Assembly (NCBI GenBank): GCA_040383945.1
Contig: JBEICN010000001.1
Location: 1 to 61,988 of the forward strand
From: Candidatus Peribacteria bacterium
Lineage (GTDB): Bacteria; Patescibacteriota; Gracilibacteria; BD1-5; UBA2023
Direction of reading: 5' to 3'
Length of the DNA stretch: 61,988 bases
In this document: positions 37,578 through 48,608 of the stretch, piece by piece
How the letters are laid out: each line of letters starts with the position of its first letter
How positions within the stretch are numbered: the first letter of the stretch is position 1
Position numbers and translations under genes: made by a program
The notes under the pieces: generated by a model
Database searches by the model: none
Told to the model about the DNA's origin: nothing
The model's input: only the letters and a program-made list of their open reading frames with translations

Positions 37578-38570
37578 TTATTTCGCAAATAAAGCTCGGA
37601 TTTTAGCTTCGATTTCGTCGGCTAATTCAGGATTTTTTGCAAGAAACTCCCGAGAATTTTCACGCCCTTGACCCAATTTGATCTCACCATAGCTAAAAAA
37701 AGCACCTGCCTTCTTAATAATTCACTTTTCTGACCCAATATCCAAAATTTCACCCGTTTTTGAAATACCCTCATTGAAGAGTATGTCAATTTCAACTTCT
37801 CGAAATGGAGGGGCAATCTTATTTTTGACTACTTTGATTTTTACCCTATTACCAGTAGCTTCCTTGTCATCTCCCGTACCCGACTCAATTTTTTCTTTAC
37901 GACGAATATCCAATCGTTGCGAAGCGTAAAACTTGAGAGCATTTCCACCTGTGGTGGTTTCTGGGTTTCCAAACATGACTCAAATTTTCATGCGTATTTG
38001 GTTGATAAAAACCACCGTTGCATTGGACTTTGAAATCACTCCCGTAATTTTGCGAAGCGCTTGAGACATCAGTCGGGCTTGTAATCCCATGAAGGAATCC
38101 CCCATGTTACCTTCGATTTCTGCTTTGGGAACCAATGCCGCCACCGAGTCTACTACTATCAAATCGACAGCTCCAGATCGAACTAGAGCATCAACGATTT
38201 CAAGGGCTTGCTCTCCATAATCGGGCTGCGAAATAATGAGCTCGTCAATATTTACGCCTATTTTCCGTGCATACTCTGGATCGAGTGCGTGCTCTGCATC
38301 AACAAATGCTGCTGTTCCGCCAGTTTTCTGAACTTCGGCAATGGCATGGAGAGCGAGTGTAGTCTTACCGGAAGACTCGGGTCCGTATACTTCAACGATT
38401 CGTCATTTTGCAAAACCTCCGCCAAGTGCGGCGTCCAAAGATATAGAGCCAGAAGAGGTGGTTTCCACTTCAAGAAGGGCCTGAGTTCAGAGCGTCATGA
38501 CTGAACCTGCGCCAAATTGTTTTTCAATCATAGCGAGGGCTTGAGCGAGGGCTTCCTTTTTATTATTCAT
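37578..38570 (-). CDS. recA: recombinase A
   Basis: [20 protein letters not shown], and FINQIRMKI[TGA][23 protein letters not shown] at 38570. Stop TAA at 37578-37580. Confidence 0.95.
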
Positions 38571-38648
38571 ACAAAATAAATTACAAATATAATGTCACTC
38601 TATACATAAGTACATACATTGCAAGAAAATATATGTACTTTGTATATA

Positions 38649-38882
38649 TTATCGTTTTTTTGAGAAATGTTCACTGAGCGAGACAGTCGTTCCGGTAGCG
38701 ATATTTTCCCCTTGGCAAATAGTGCAGCGGTATTTGGCAAGATCTTCATCCATAACTTCAACGGCAATCATCTTTTTACAATCACGACAGTAGTGAGCAA
38801 TATCACCGCGTTCCATATCAAAATGTTCACGCTTTTTTCAGAAACTCGCCACATTTACGAGATCGTTGTAATTGGAAGTCAT
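38649..38882 (-). CDS. small zinc-ribbon protein (77 aa)
   Basis: Two CxxC pairs (YCRDCKK ... RCTICQG). One in-frame TGA. Preferred over the antisense + ORF 38667..38894. Confidence 0.5.
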
Positions 38883-38939
38883 GCTGCGGAATAAATATAG
38901 CAAAATAAAAAAGAAAAAATTGGAAAAATTTGAGAAAAA

Positions 38940-40061
38940 TTAGTCGAATAGTTTTTCAAAAAATCCTTTCGAATCATAGGTGTCTAACTTCTTTTCTTTG
39001 GCGATTGCCTCATAGAGTTCCCGCTCTTTTTTGGAGAGTTTTTTTGGAATTTCCAGAATGATTTGAACAATAAGGTTACCTCGAATACCAGATTTGGAAG
39101 ATACATTTGGGAATCCTTCGTTTCGGAATACCAACTGAGAATTCGGATCAGTTCCTGGTTTGATATCGATTTCTCGTTTACCTAGAATCGGAATTTGGAT
39201 TTCTCGCTTCGTTCAGAGAATGAATTCTACCGGATCAAATTTTACCGTACACAAAAGGTCATGTTCGTCACGAGTGAGATTTTCAAATTTTGAAGGCACT
39301 CGAAAATGCACATAGAGATCGCCTGAACCATCTATTCCTTCATGTCATTCATCGCGGAGCTTGATGGTCATTTCGTCATCAATTCCTGCTGGGATATCGA
39401 TCGTGCGGGTTCGTTTCTCACTGACATACTTCTTCCCTCTGCAGGTCGGGCAAGATTCTCGGATAATCTTTCCCGTACCGTCACACCTGTGACAAATAGT
39501 GGCCTGTTCAATCACCCCAAAAGGCGTTTGAACTCTACGACGCACTTTCCCAGCTCCATCACAATCAGGACATGTAGCCACTGATTCTTTTGATTTGGCA
39601 CCACTTCCCTTGCAATCTGAGCAAATTACTTTTTTTGTGAAGGAGATTTCTTTTTGGACTCAGGAGTATGCTTCTTCAAAAGAAATATCCAACTGTAGTT
39701 CTATGTCTTCACCCACCTCACGACGACGACCACTTGATCCGCTTGCTCCGAAACTTCCGCCACCATTGAAAAAAGTTTCGAAGATATCGCCCATGTTAAA
39801 TTCTGCCCCAAAGCCTCCACCACCAAATCCTCATTGTCCCTGCCCTTCGGAAGTTCCGAAGCGGTCATAGTGAGCTTTTTTTTGTTCATCTGAAAGAGTC
39901 GCATAAGCCTCATTTATTTTTTTAAAATCAGCCTCTTTGTTTTTGTCGCCCCTATGCCGATCTGGGTGATGATCCATGGCTTTTTTGCGATAAGCCTTTT
40001 TGATTTCCTCTGCCGTAGCGGTGCGTTCTACTCCGAGAATACTATAAAATTCGTGTGCCAT
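38940..40061 (-). CDS. dnaJ: molecular chaperone DnaJ
   Basis: J domain with HPD (AMDHHPDRH), Gly/Phe-rich linker, and four CxxCxGxG zinc-finger repeats. Several TGA in the Gly-rich region. Stop TAA. Confidence 0.9.
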
Positions 40062-40113
40062 AGTTGCGTTAAAAAAATCAAAAGCGAATTATAGAAATAA
40101 TCTTCCAAAAAAC

Positions 40114-40136
40114 AAGCACCAAAAGGGAGAAAGTGC
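40114..40136. promoter_or_regulatory. CIRCE-like inverted repeat upstream of dnaJ
   Basis: AAGCACC-N12-GTGC: the same half-sites and spacing as the element upstream of groES (57990-58013), and the same GCAC-N13-GTGC geometry as CIRCE. Confidence 0.35.
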
Positions 40137-40367
40137 AAGATCGAATTCATGGATAATAGTTATAGTAACTGGCCCTCAAAACATAGAAATGATGGCGAAT
40201 TTCGCACGAGAAATACATAAATGCTGACCGAGCAGAACGAAAGTTCTTGTCTCGATGATTTGAAAATTTGTTATCGGTAAGTGGCGCTTTTCGGCCTCCA
40301 TTTTTGGAAGAGACAATTTACACTTTGGAACAGGTGAGCAATTTGTGCTTTGGTTTGACGAGACGAG

Positions 40368-41114
40368 ATGGTGCATGTTGAAATATCCGACTTTATCCGT
40401 ATGGTAGAACTCAAAAATATGTCCGATACACTTGCAAGATTCCTTGGAATCAAATCCGAACCCTCCGAATCCGAAATCCAACTCTTTGAGCGAGCTCAAA
40501 AATACCTCCGAGCCGTATCATGGATCCCCGGACTTCGAATGATAGCAGTCTGCAATAGCCTCTCCATGTACGCCTCAGATGGAGACTCTGATATCGATAT
40601 TTTTGTGGTAACTAATCCGCGGCGAATGTGGGTAACTCGAGTGTGCATGACAGCCATTTTTCAGATTCTCGGAGTACGACGACATGGCAAAAAAGTTGCA
40701 TGAAGATTTTGCCTTTCATTTTTTTGTACCACGAGTGTCATGGATTTTGAAAAAATTGCTATCGAAAACGATGTGTATCTGAAAGCCTGGGTAAATCATT
40801 TGAAACCGATAGTTGATATTGGGGGTTGTTACGAGGAATTCCTTGGGGCGAATGCTGGATGGATGGAGGTGGCCTCATTGAATAACAAGGAAAATACTCG
40901 ATTTCGATGTATTGAAAAACCGCTCTCGGTAGAGCGGCTGGGGTGGTGGTGGAATTTTTTGGACGCTTTGTTGCGTACCATGTTTGAACCATTGACCCTG
41001 AAAGAATACGAACGACTTGGGAAACCTTGGGGCATTATTGTTTCTGAGGATATGCTGAAGTTTCATCCGGGAGATCGGAGGAGGGAGGTGCGGGGAGAGT
41101 CTACGGGAAAATAG
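40368..41114 (+). CDS. putative nucleotidyltransferase-fold protein
   Basis: NSLSMYASDGDSDIDIFVV resembles the GS-x-DxD polymerase-beta-type NTase motif. Pieces 40368..40703 and 40740..41114 are in frame over one TGA. The start is uncertain. Confidence 0.45.
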
Positions 41115-41118
41115 CTAT

Positions 41119-43947
41119 TTATAATACCTTCTCTTTCCTTTGTTCAATAGGCTTTGAGATATCATCTGTGGATATCACTACCACGTCTATTCCCATGCAC
41201 ATAAGCTGATCTCTGAAAAGAGTATCAGTATCTAGAACATTTTGCCACCAACTCTTTTCTTGAGATTTAGACGTTACAATAGCGAATTCCTTATTGGATT
41301 CATCAAAATGAATTTTAGGTCGTTTTTCTGAAGTATCAACCAAAGCTCAAAACAAATTGCATAGAATTTCTCGTTTAGCAAGAGTAGACTTATTCAGAAA
41401 TTCAACATAAAATTTTTGAGTAAGATTTCCCTTTGCGTCTATATATCCTTGTTTTTTTAAATCAAATTCAAGCTCTAGGTGATCTTTGTTATCTAATATT
41501 GTTGCTCACGTAGTGGCAGTAGCAACAAGTCATCATGCCAAAATTGCAAGTTTCCCTTTCTTAGGTATTTTTTCGGCTACTTGCATCAATAATTTTGCAG
41601 TTTGACTATACATAGCAGGAGTTGCTCTTGCAGCATGCATAGCTCAGCGCGACGCATAACCAAGTGATTTAGCTATATCGATAGGGTGCATGAAAGCAGT
41701 TTTAGCAACAGTTCATGCTGCTCATTTTATATCTCCGTGTCGAAATACCTTTACTGCAGCCTCGTTTAAACCTCCGGCAATTCTAATGCCTTCAAATGTA
41801 ATAATTGTCATGCCTAATGCAGCTATTCCCGCATCACTTAATGTAGGAAGTTTTCCATTTTTCAAATCCTCAAAATTGACTCCAACATTTTTAATAAGTT
41901 GCCATCCTCATACCATTGGCACAAGTACGGTTTTGAGAGATTCCATAATTTCGCTAGAACTCGTCGCTTCGTCGGATACCACATTGGACATTGTTACCAC
42001 GAACGCACCTGCTGGTAAAATAGAACCGAGTCATCGGATTCATTCTGGAAACACTGCCAATAACTTGCGGAGCTCTTGAAAATTCTTCACGTCTTTTGCA
42101 TCCTCTAGGTGAAGCAATACTGTATCACCTTGTCGAATAAGTTTCATAGTATTTACGAAATCTCTCAAACGATTGATTTTTTCAATTCCACCTTTATCGG
42201 AACTAACTAGTAGATTTTGAAACCAACGCACATTATCTATATCTCGAAGATACTTTTGAATAACTCCATCGCCATTTCCAAAAAACATTCTCAGGTTTTT
42301 AATCTCTAATGAACGGGCAGGTGGTGCTCAAACAACTTCTTTGAGTGCCGTTTGAAAATTCTGAGCTTGTTTGATTTTTACTATTTCCGTAGCATCAAGA
42401 ACCTTGCTAAGTTCTGGATGCGCCAAGAATTTAGCTTTATCGTATTTTACTTCATCAAGAACGGAAATAATTTTCCAATTCTTTGTTGCGATATTCATTG
42501 CAGTCTTTAATTCTTCAATAATCTTTGCCATTCATTGAGTGTGTGGATTATTCGGGAGATTGGCAAATTTTTGATTAATAAGCTCAAATTCCTTGAAAAC
42601 CAGATGGTAATCACCTCCAGCTCACGTAAGTCACCGGAGTACGGAATATCCATTGGCACCGTTTGCAGTATCAACTCAGGCGGCTATACCGAGTTTCGCG
42701 ATATTAGCTATAATTCCTGAGGTAACTGCCCAAAATACTCCAAGTGGACGGTAGAGCTCCAATTGTACTAGCGACATCGCTTTTTCCCCTCAATTTGCAG
42801 AGTGTTTAGAAATTAAAGTATGGATTTCTTCAATGGTCATCGTCATGGGTGGAAGTCAAAGGCCATGAAATGTAAGACCAACAGCAGTTTTTGACCCACT
42901 CGAAACAGCTTCATAAACAATATGCTTAAGAGGAACTATTCCGGAAAAAGCAATTTTCCACATAAGTTCGGTAGCTCCCGTTGATAGGGTACCTAGAATT
43001 TGGGCGAGATTTTCAACAGTAATTTTCCCGCTTTCTTGAATATTTTTCGATATTTTTTGCAACTCTTCAGGGTTAAGATTGGTAGAGGTGATAATTTCGC
43101 GAATTTTTTTTATTTTATCATCCGAGAGCTTTGCTCAACCAAGATAGGTTTGAGAGAGATCATTCGCAACTTCATCGACCATTTTTGTGGTCAATTTCTC
43201 AATTTCCACTGGAGACATCTTTCAAAAAGACTCTAAAGCACTTTCTGCTTGTCCTGGTTTTTTTTGAGTAGTTTTTTTGCCACCATCAAGAACCTCCTTC
43301 CCCTTTTCTCATACCCCAGCCCCTGCCTCTCCGACAATTTCCGACCATTTCATCCCACCCATCAAGAATTTCCAAATATTCGAAAGCACCGCGAAAATCC
43401 CCATGACTCCGCCTGTTTTCAGTGGCTCGAGCACTTTTTCCAATGCTTTGACACCACTATATTCCATGACTTTTTGCCCGGCTGCATTGATGCTCTCTTT
43501 GACCCCTTCCATCAATTTTGTAGCCTCCTTTATATCTCCAGATTTAATAGCTTCCACTGCTTTCCCACCGATTTCTTTGGTAGAACTCACTGTCTCCTGA
43601 CTTATGGATGCGATTTTCCCAGCCCCGGATTCAAGTGCAACTTTGGCATCTTGGAGTAATTTTTGTTGGCTTGGGGAAATACTGGAATTGAGTCTTGCCA
43701 ATTCATCCTTAGTGCCGTCAACCATCTTTTCTGATTTTATTTCAAACGAACGCATCAATTGCTCAGCAAGTCCTCGGAATCTATCCCGCTCCTCTTTGCT
43801 CGTAGCAGTTTCTGCGCGTTTTTTGAGGTCATCAAGTATTGTTTTTGGATTCAAAGCTACTGACTCTTGATGTTCTTTGGTGGAGAGATTTTCGGTTTTA
43901 ACGGGAATGCTTTCCAAAGAAGTAGGTTTTTCGAGAGAGGAATTCAT
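41119..43947 (-). CDS. giant hypothetical protein (942 aa) with Gly/Ala-rich hydrophobic blocks
   Basis: ORF pieces 43309..43947, 42856..43062, 42328..42531, 42040..42288 and 41119..41343 share a frame. Hand translation of all gaps gives only TGA (about 20 in total). In-frame TAA at 43975-43977 upstream of the ATG at 43947. Stop TAA at 41119-41121. Confidence 0.65.
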
Positions 43948-44074
43948 AAGGGATTCGTAATGGTTTTTTCAATTTTACCGTATTTTTTGGGGATTTGCAA
44001 AAAACCACCCAGAGCTCGGGTAGTTTTTGGTAAAGAGTTATCGATTACTTTGTATTTTCGAGGATAGATTCGGA

Positions 44075-47000
44075 CTACTTGGTAGCTGACCTGAGTGCTT
44101 CATCTGCCGCCCTAAGCGCATCATTTAGTCGTTGGCCTACCGCGTCTTTAGCTGGTGCCAAGTAACTTGGACTTGGCTGTCCATCAGTTCCAAACTTCTC
44201 AATTGCTGTAGCTGCAACCCCAGCAACTCCAGCCGCAGCTTTTTGGCCAAGATCCATGACTTCAGTACCTTCTACAATAGCCGAACCGAGCCATCCAAGC
44301 CAGATATAGTTAAAATAGTTATTGGCAAATTCTCCCTTATTATTATATGCGTAATTGATAAAGTCTTGGGTACCATGTATTTTATCGCTTCCATTTACCG
44401 CAAACTCTGCACCCGTAATCAAACCTACTGCCCCGAGTGTTTTGAGAGAAGGAGTCCATGCAGTAGGAAGGATTTTTCCGAGTCAATCATCTGCGTTCGA
44501 CCATAGGTGACCATGAGATGATCTACCAGTAAACAAGGTTCGAAGGACTTCGATTTTTCCAAGTCCGTTACCCGTGAATGGTAGGGTATTGAGATTTCAG
44601 GAAAGCTTGAGTTCTTTCCACATATTTCCAACCGACCAATCCCAAAGTTTAGTTGGTATTTTTTTGAGGAATTCCACCCCGAACATATCTTTGACTTTGA
44701 CGTTCTTGACTTTGTCAAACATGGGATTACCAGGTGAAAAAGGATTCTTAAAAAGCGAATCGAACTTACCGGAAGTGCCTTTCCCCAAGATAGCATTCAT
44801 GAGTGCATCAGCTTCTCCTTCACTTAATGCTTTGAGCTGAGCTTCCGTCATCCCTGTGAAACCACCATTGGCTCACTTTTTTTCGAGAATGAATCCTCCT
44901 GCCTCGTTTTTGGAAATTCGATAAGTCTGATCACCGATTCGGATTTCTTTCTTTACCATGGTTTCTACAGTACTGTTGAAATTCTTGGCGAGCGAATTTT
45001 TGAGCATCTGGTCTGGAGTGACATTCTCCGCAATATGTCATTTGAGTGCTTTGAGACCATTTTGGTTCACTGGAAATTTTACCGATTCGCCAACACCAGG
45101 CTTGAAGACATAATCTCTGTCTTTGAGTGTAACCGTAGCGTCTCCGATATTTACTGACTCGCCGTCTTTGAGTCCCTTGAGTTTTGATTCGAGATTTTGG
45201 AAAAACTTTTCAAATGATGCTCTCGCTGTTGCGGCAGGTCCGGGCTGTATGGCTGTAGTCTGCTCAACTGTTGGCGCAGGCGCCTCTACAGGACGTGCAG
45301 CTGGTGAAGTGGCACTAGTAGTGCGCGATGACTTGAACTTTCGCACATTTGCATTTACTCCATCAACGAACTCTTTGATTCAAGCTACTCGCGCAAGAGA
45401 AGGTCCTCCAAGTGGGCCAATTTCCAGAACTTCCACTCCATTACTCCCAGAAATTTTACGAACTGACCAAATAGATCCGTCGTTGGCAATAAACTGAGGA
45501 AATAGATTAGGATCCTTTTTCATCTGATTTCGAATTTTTCGAACGTCAGTTTGGGTAATTTCGCGGGTGGTAAAAAGTTCACGATTTGCCATTGTTGCTC
45601 GTGAAGCAGGCACTTCCGCAGCTGCAGATGATGTCTCCGCGGCACGTGCAGAAGGCGTCTCCACAGCACGTGCAGCACTAATATCACGATCTACCTGAGC
45701 AAGCACTTCGGATGCTCACTTTTTATCTCCGAGTGCTTGACGCACCTGAGCTTCCTGAAGTCGAGATTCGGCCCGTTTTGCAATAGCTTCACGACTCTTG
45801 GTATACGCCATTGATCCACCCCGAAATACCAGTGGAAGGAGTGCCCAAGGAAGATTGTTCTTGAGTGATTCCGCAAGAGAAATGTCAACACCTTGGAATT
45901 GGGATCGTATTTGATCCACAGTCACTCCAAGAGTATAATCTCCTGCCATTTCAACCCCAAGAGCTCCTGACTTACCAATTTTTCCGATGACCCCAGCCGA
46001 GCGGACTACACGGAAGAGCATACCTCCGGCGAGAAATGTTCCAACATTGATTGCCCCTTCTTGCAGAGTCTCTTTGCCAGAATATACTTTCCCCTCGAGT
46101 ACCATCGTAGCTCAAGTAGTAAGAGCTCCGCCAGCAAGTGCGGAGGCAGCCATCATCATCGGCACTCCTGCCACGGAACCAACCGCTGTGGCAGTAAAAA
46201 CAGCACCAGCAATTCCGAGTCCGACAGCAAGTAGTTGATCTCGCCCGAGAACCATTTTTACCTTATTCCGGTCCTTAAGATCAAGCCATCCCGTGGTTCC
46301 ATACATATCTTTGAGCTGATTGAGACTGCTTATTTCCTGGGCTGTCAATGATTTTTTATCCAATTTCCCTATTGCAGATATCATGTCCCTCTCATATTTT
46401 GCGAAGCTAGAATCATATACCTTATCCCAAGCACCTTTTATAGTAGGATTTGACAATGTTTCACCAAGAGCTTGATCAAAAGTCTTCCCCTGCTGCACTT
46501 TTGCGTTAAGCATGGTTGTAATAAGAGTTTTGGTATTTGCATCCAAACTCTTCATAATGTCAGTTTGAGTCGGAAAATTCGGAGTAGTCAATTTTGCACC
46601 AAGCACACCCTTCAACAAAGCCTCTGCAGTAAACGAATCTCGATAATGCTTATTACTCACCCCCCCTTCTCCTCGAAGATACAATGCCATTTCATTGCTA
46701 ATAGATTTTAGGTATTCCGCATTTCTTTCTGCATAGGCATTGTTTTTACCTAAAATATACTTAGCATTAAAGTCCGTCATTCACGCAATCAGAGCTTTCA
46801 TAGCCACGTCAATAAGCTGACCGTTGCTTTCTCGAGTTTTACCATCGGAGAGCTTATCAGCACCCTTTGTAGCTGATCTCCAAGCTCAGAGTAAATTTTG
46901 AAGACTTTCTAGGTCTTCTGTATATGTATCTTTAGTCTTTTCTGAGGAAGATGTAGATGATCATGCTGCACTAGAAGAAGCACTTGCGGCAGGCGCACTC

Positions 47001-47866
47001 GCTGGCTTAGCAGGACTTGGGGCTGAAGCAGGTGGTGACGACGATGCTGCCGCTGGACCAACTGCAGAACTTGCGGCAGGCGCACTCGCTGGCTTAGCAG
47101 AACTTGGGGCTGAAGCAGGTAGTGCACTTGGTGATGGTTTTGGCTGAGCAATGTTTTGGAGCGCTGCGAGGGTCAACGGACCAAACCAACCATCTGGAAC
47201 TCCTTTCCGAGAAACGGAAGCTACCGCATCAATCTTTTTGATTTCAGTCTGAAGTGCCAAAACTGCCTGGAGAGTAGGATTTTTAATAGCTGATTCGAGT
47301 AGTTCAAAGAGTTGAGGCTGACTGGTCTTGAGCTTTTCTTTGATGGCATCAAGTTCTGTTTTTTGCTTTCTCAAAAATTCTCTGCTATAAGCAACGCTTT
47401 TGGGCTCTCTTTCTGATACCGTTTCTGGTTTCTCTGAGGCTTTTGAGCTTGATGTAACTTTTGAGTCAGTCTTTACTCAAGCATCTCTTAACTTTGACTC
47501 CTCAGCACGGGATTGATTCAAAACAAGATCTTTATTTCGATCTCTCTTAGCATCAGCCGCTTCTGCCAGCGCAAAATACTTCTCAATAATACTAAACCGA
47601 TTTTCAAACTCCGGACCAGCATTTCCTCATTTGAGTTTCCGCTCCGCAGTGATGAAAGCGGTAATGTCAGCACGGGTTTTCGCATCGCCAAGATTTATTT
47701 TGCTGAGCTTATTCCACAAACTTTCAATTCGGCTTTCACCGTATACGCTGTCCCAAGAATCAATCTGTGACTGAAGCAGTCTTCGAAGTTCCTGTTGTTC
47801 AGTTGGAGCACCTTTTTGAACGATTGCAGCGTCAGAGAATAGCTCTAGGGTATATTTTTGAGACAT
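44075..47866 (-). CDS. giant hypothetical protein (1263 aa): PG-binding-like motif, Ala/Ser/Pro repeat linker, hydrophobic Gly/Ala-rich core
   Basis: Nine ORF pieces from 47627..47866 down to 44075..44422 share a frame. The gaps contain only TGA (about 12). ATG at 47866. Stop TAG at 44075-44077. Confidence 0.65.
46982..47124. repeat. imperfect tandem direct repeat (two 56 nt copies, 87 nt period) inside the 1263 aa ORF
   Basis: 46982-47037 and 47069-47124 differ at 2 of 56 positions. They encode PASAP..AKPASAPAAS low-complexity linker units. Confidence 0.8.
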
Positions 47867-47977
47867 ATAAAGTAGTTATTTACCCTATCTTGCCACAAAA
47901 ACCATAAGTTTGCAAAAAAACGCCATTTTACCTATTTTTGAACAAATCCTTTGGGTAAAGACTCCCAAGCTCAGGAA

Positions 47978-48604
47978 CTATCTGATGTACTCTGCTGAAG
48001 GCACCGTAGGAGGAATAAAATACTCAGGATCCATCCCAAATTCTGGAAGACCTTCCCCAAAATCAGTTGATTGATGGAGTCCCAGATGAAAATATTTCTC
48101 TTCGTTCTCATCCATGCCAACCGTGGGACCAATACTCCAACCCAAATTTCTCAAAATATTACTTACTCTTCCGTTAAAGCTGCTCATACTCTGGGGAGTA
48201 AGTCCTACTAAAAGTTTAAAGCCATGCTTTTGCGCCATGTATTCAAAAAAGTTTTGAAGCTCGGCTCACATTCCGACTTTTGCAAGAGAGGAGTCTATTT
48301 GAATGGCGTTGGGCGGAATAATCACATAGCCAATCTCTGGATCAATGATGTAGTAAAAATAACAGGTTTCATCATCAGATCTAAGTCTATAGATTCTCAC
48401 AGAACGAGAAATTCAAAGTGAATGCGTAAAGCTTTCGAATTGGGATTCGATAATGCTGGGTTGAAAATTAACCGTTCTTCCATCCTCAAGATGTATGGTC
48501 AAAAGAATGGGTTGTATGATTCCAAAATAGTTCTTTTTAGACTCGAGCTTCATGTAAAACAAGTAATTTGCTTCTATAAAATCATATATTTTGAACTGAG
48601 GCAA
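47978..48604 (-). CDS. hypothetical protein (possibly GNAT-like)
   Basis: ORFs 48413..48604 and 47978..48238 are in frame over two TGA. The VGM[TGA]AELQNFFEYMAQKHGF segment faintly resembles acetyl-CoA-binding motif A. The start is TTG at 48604 or ATG at 48553. Confidence 0.4.
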
Positions 48605-48608
48605 TTTT

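Noticed and set aside
38667-38894. + strand 75 aa ORF between recA and dnaJ
   Set aside because: The opposite-strand frame (38649..38882) encodes a protein with two CxxC pairs and is co-oriented with its neighbours, so it was preferred.
41119-47866. Calling the tandem giant genes a prophage tail module (tape-measure proteins)
   Set aside because: No capsid, portal, terminase, tail-tube or integrase genes lie in the flanking 10 kb on either side. The resemblance is architectural only, so it is kept as a hypothesis inside the finding.
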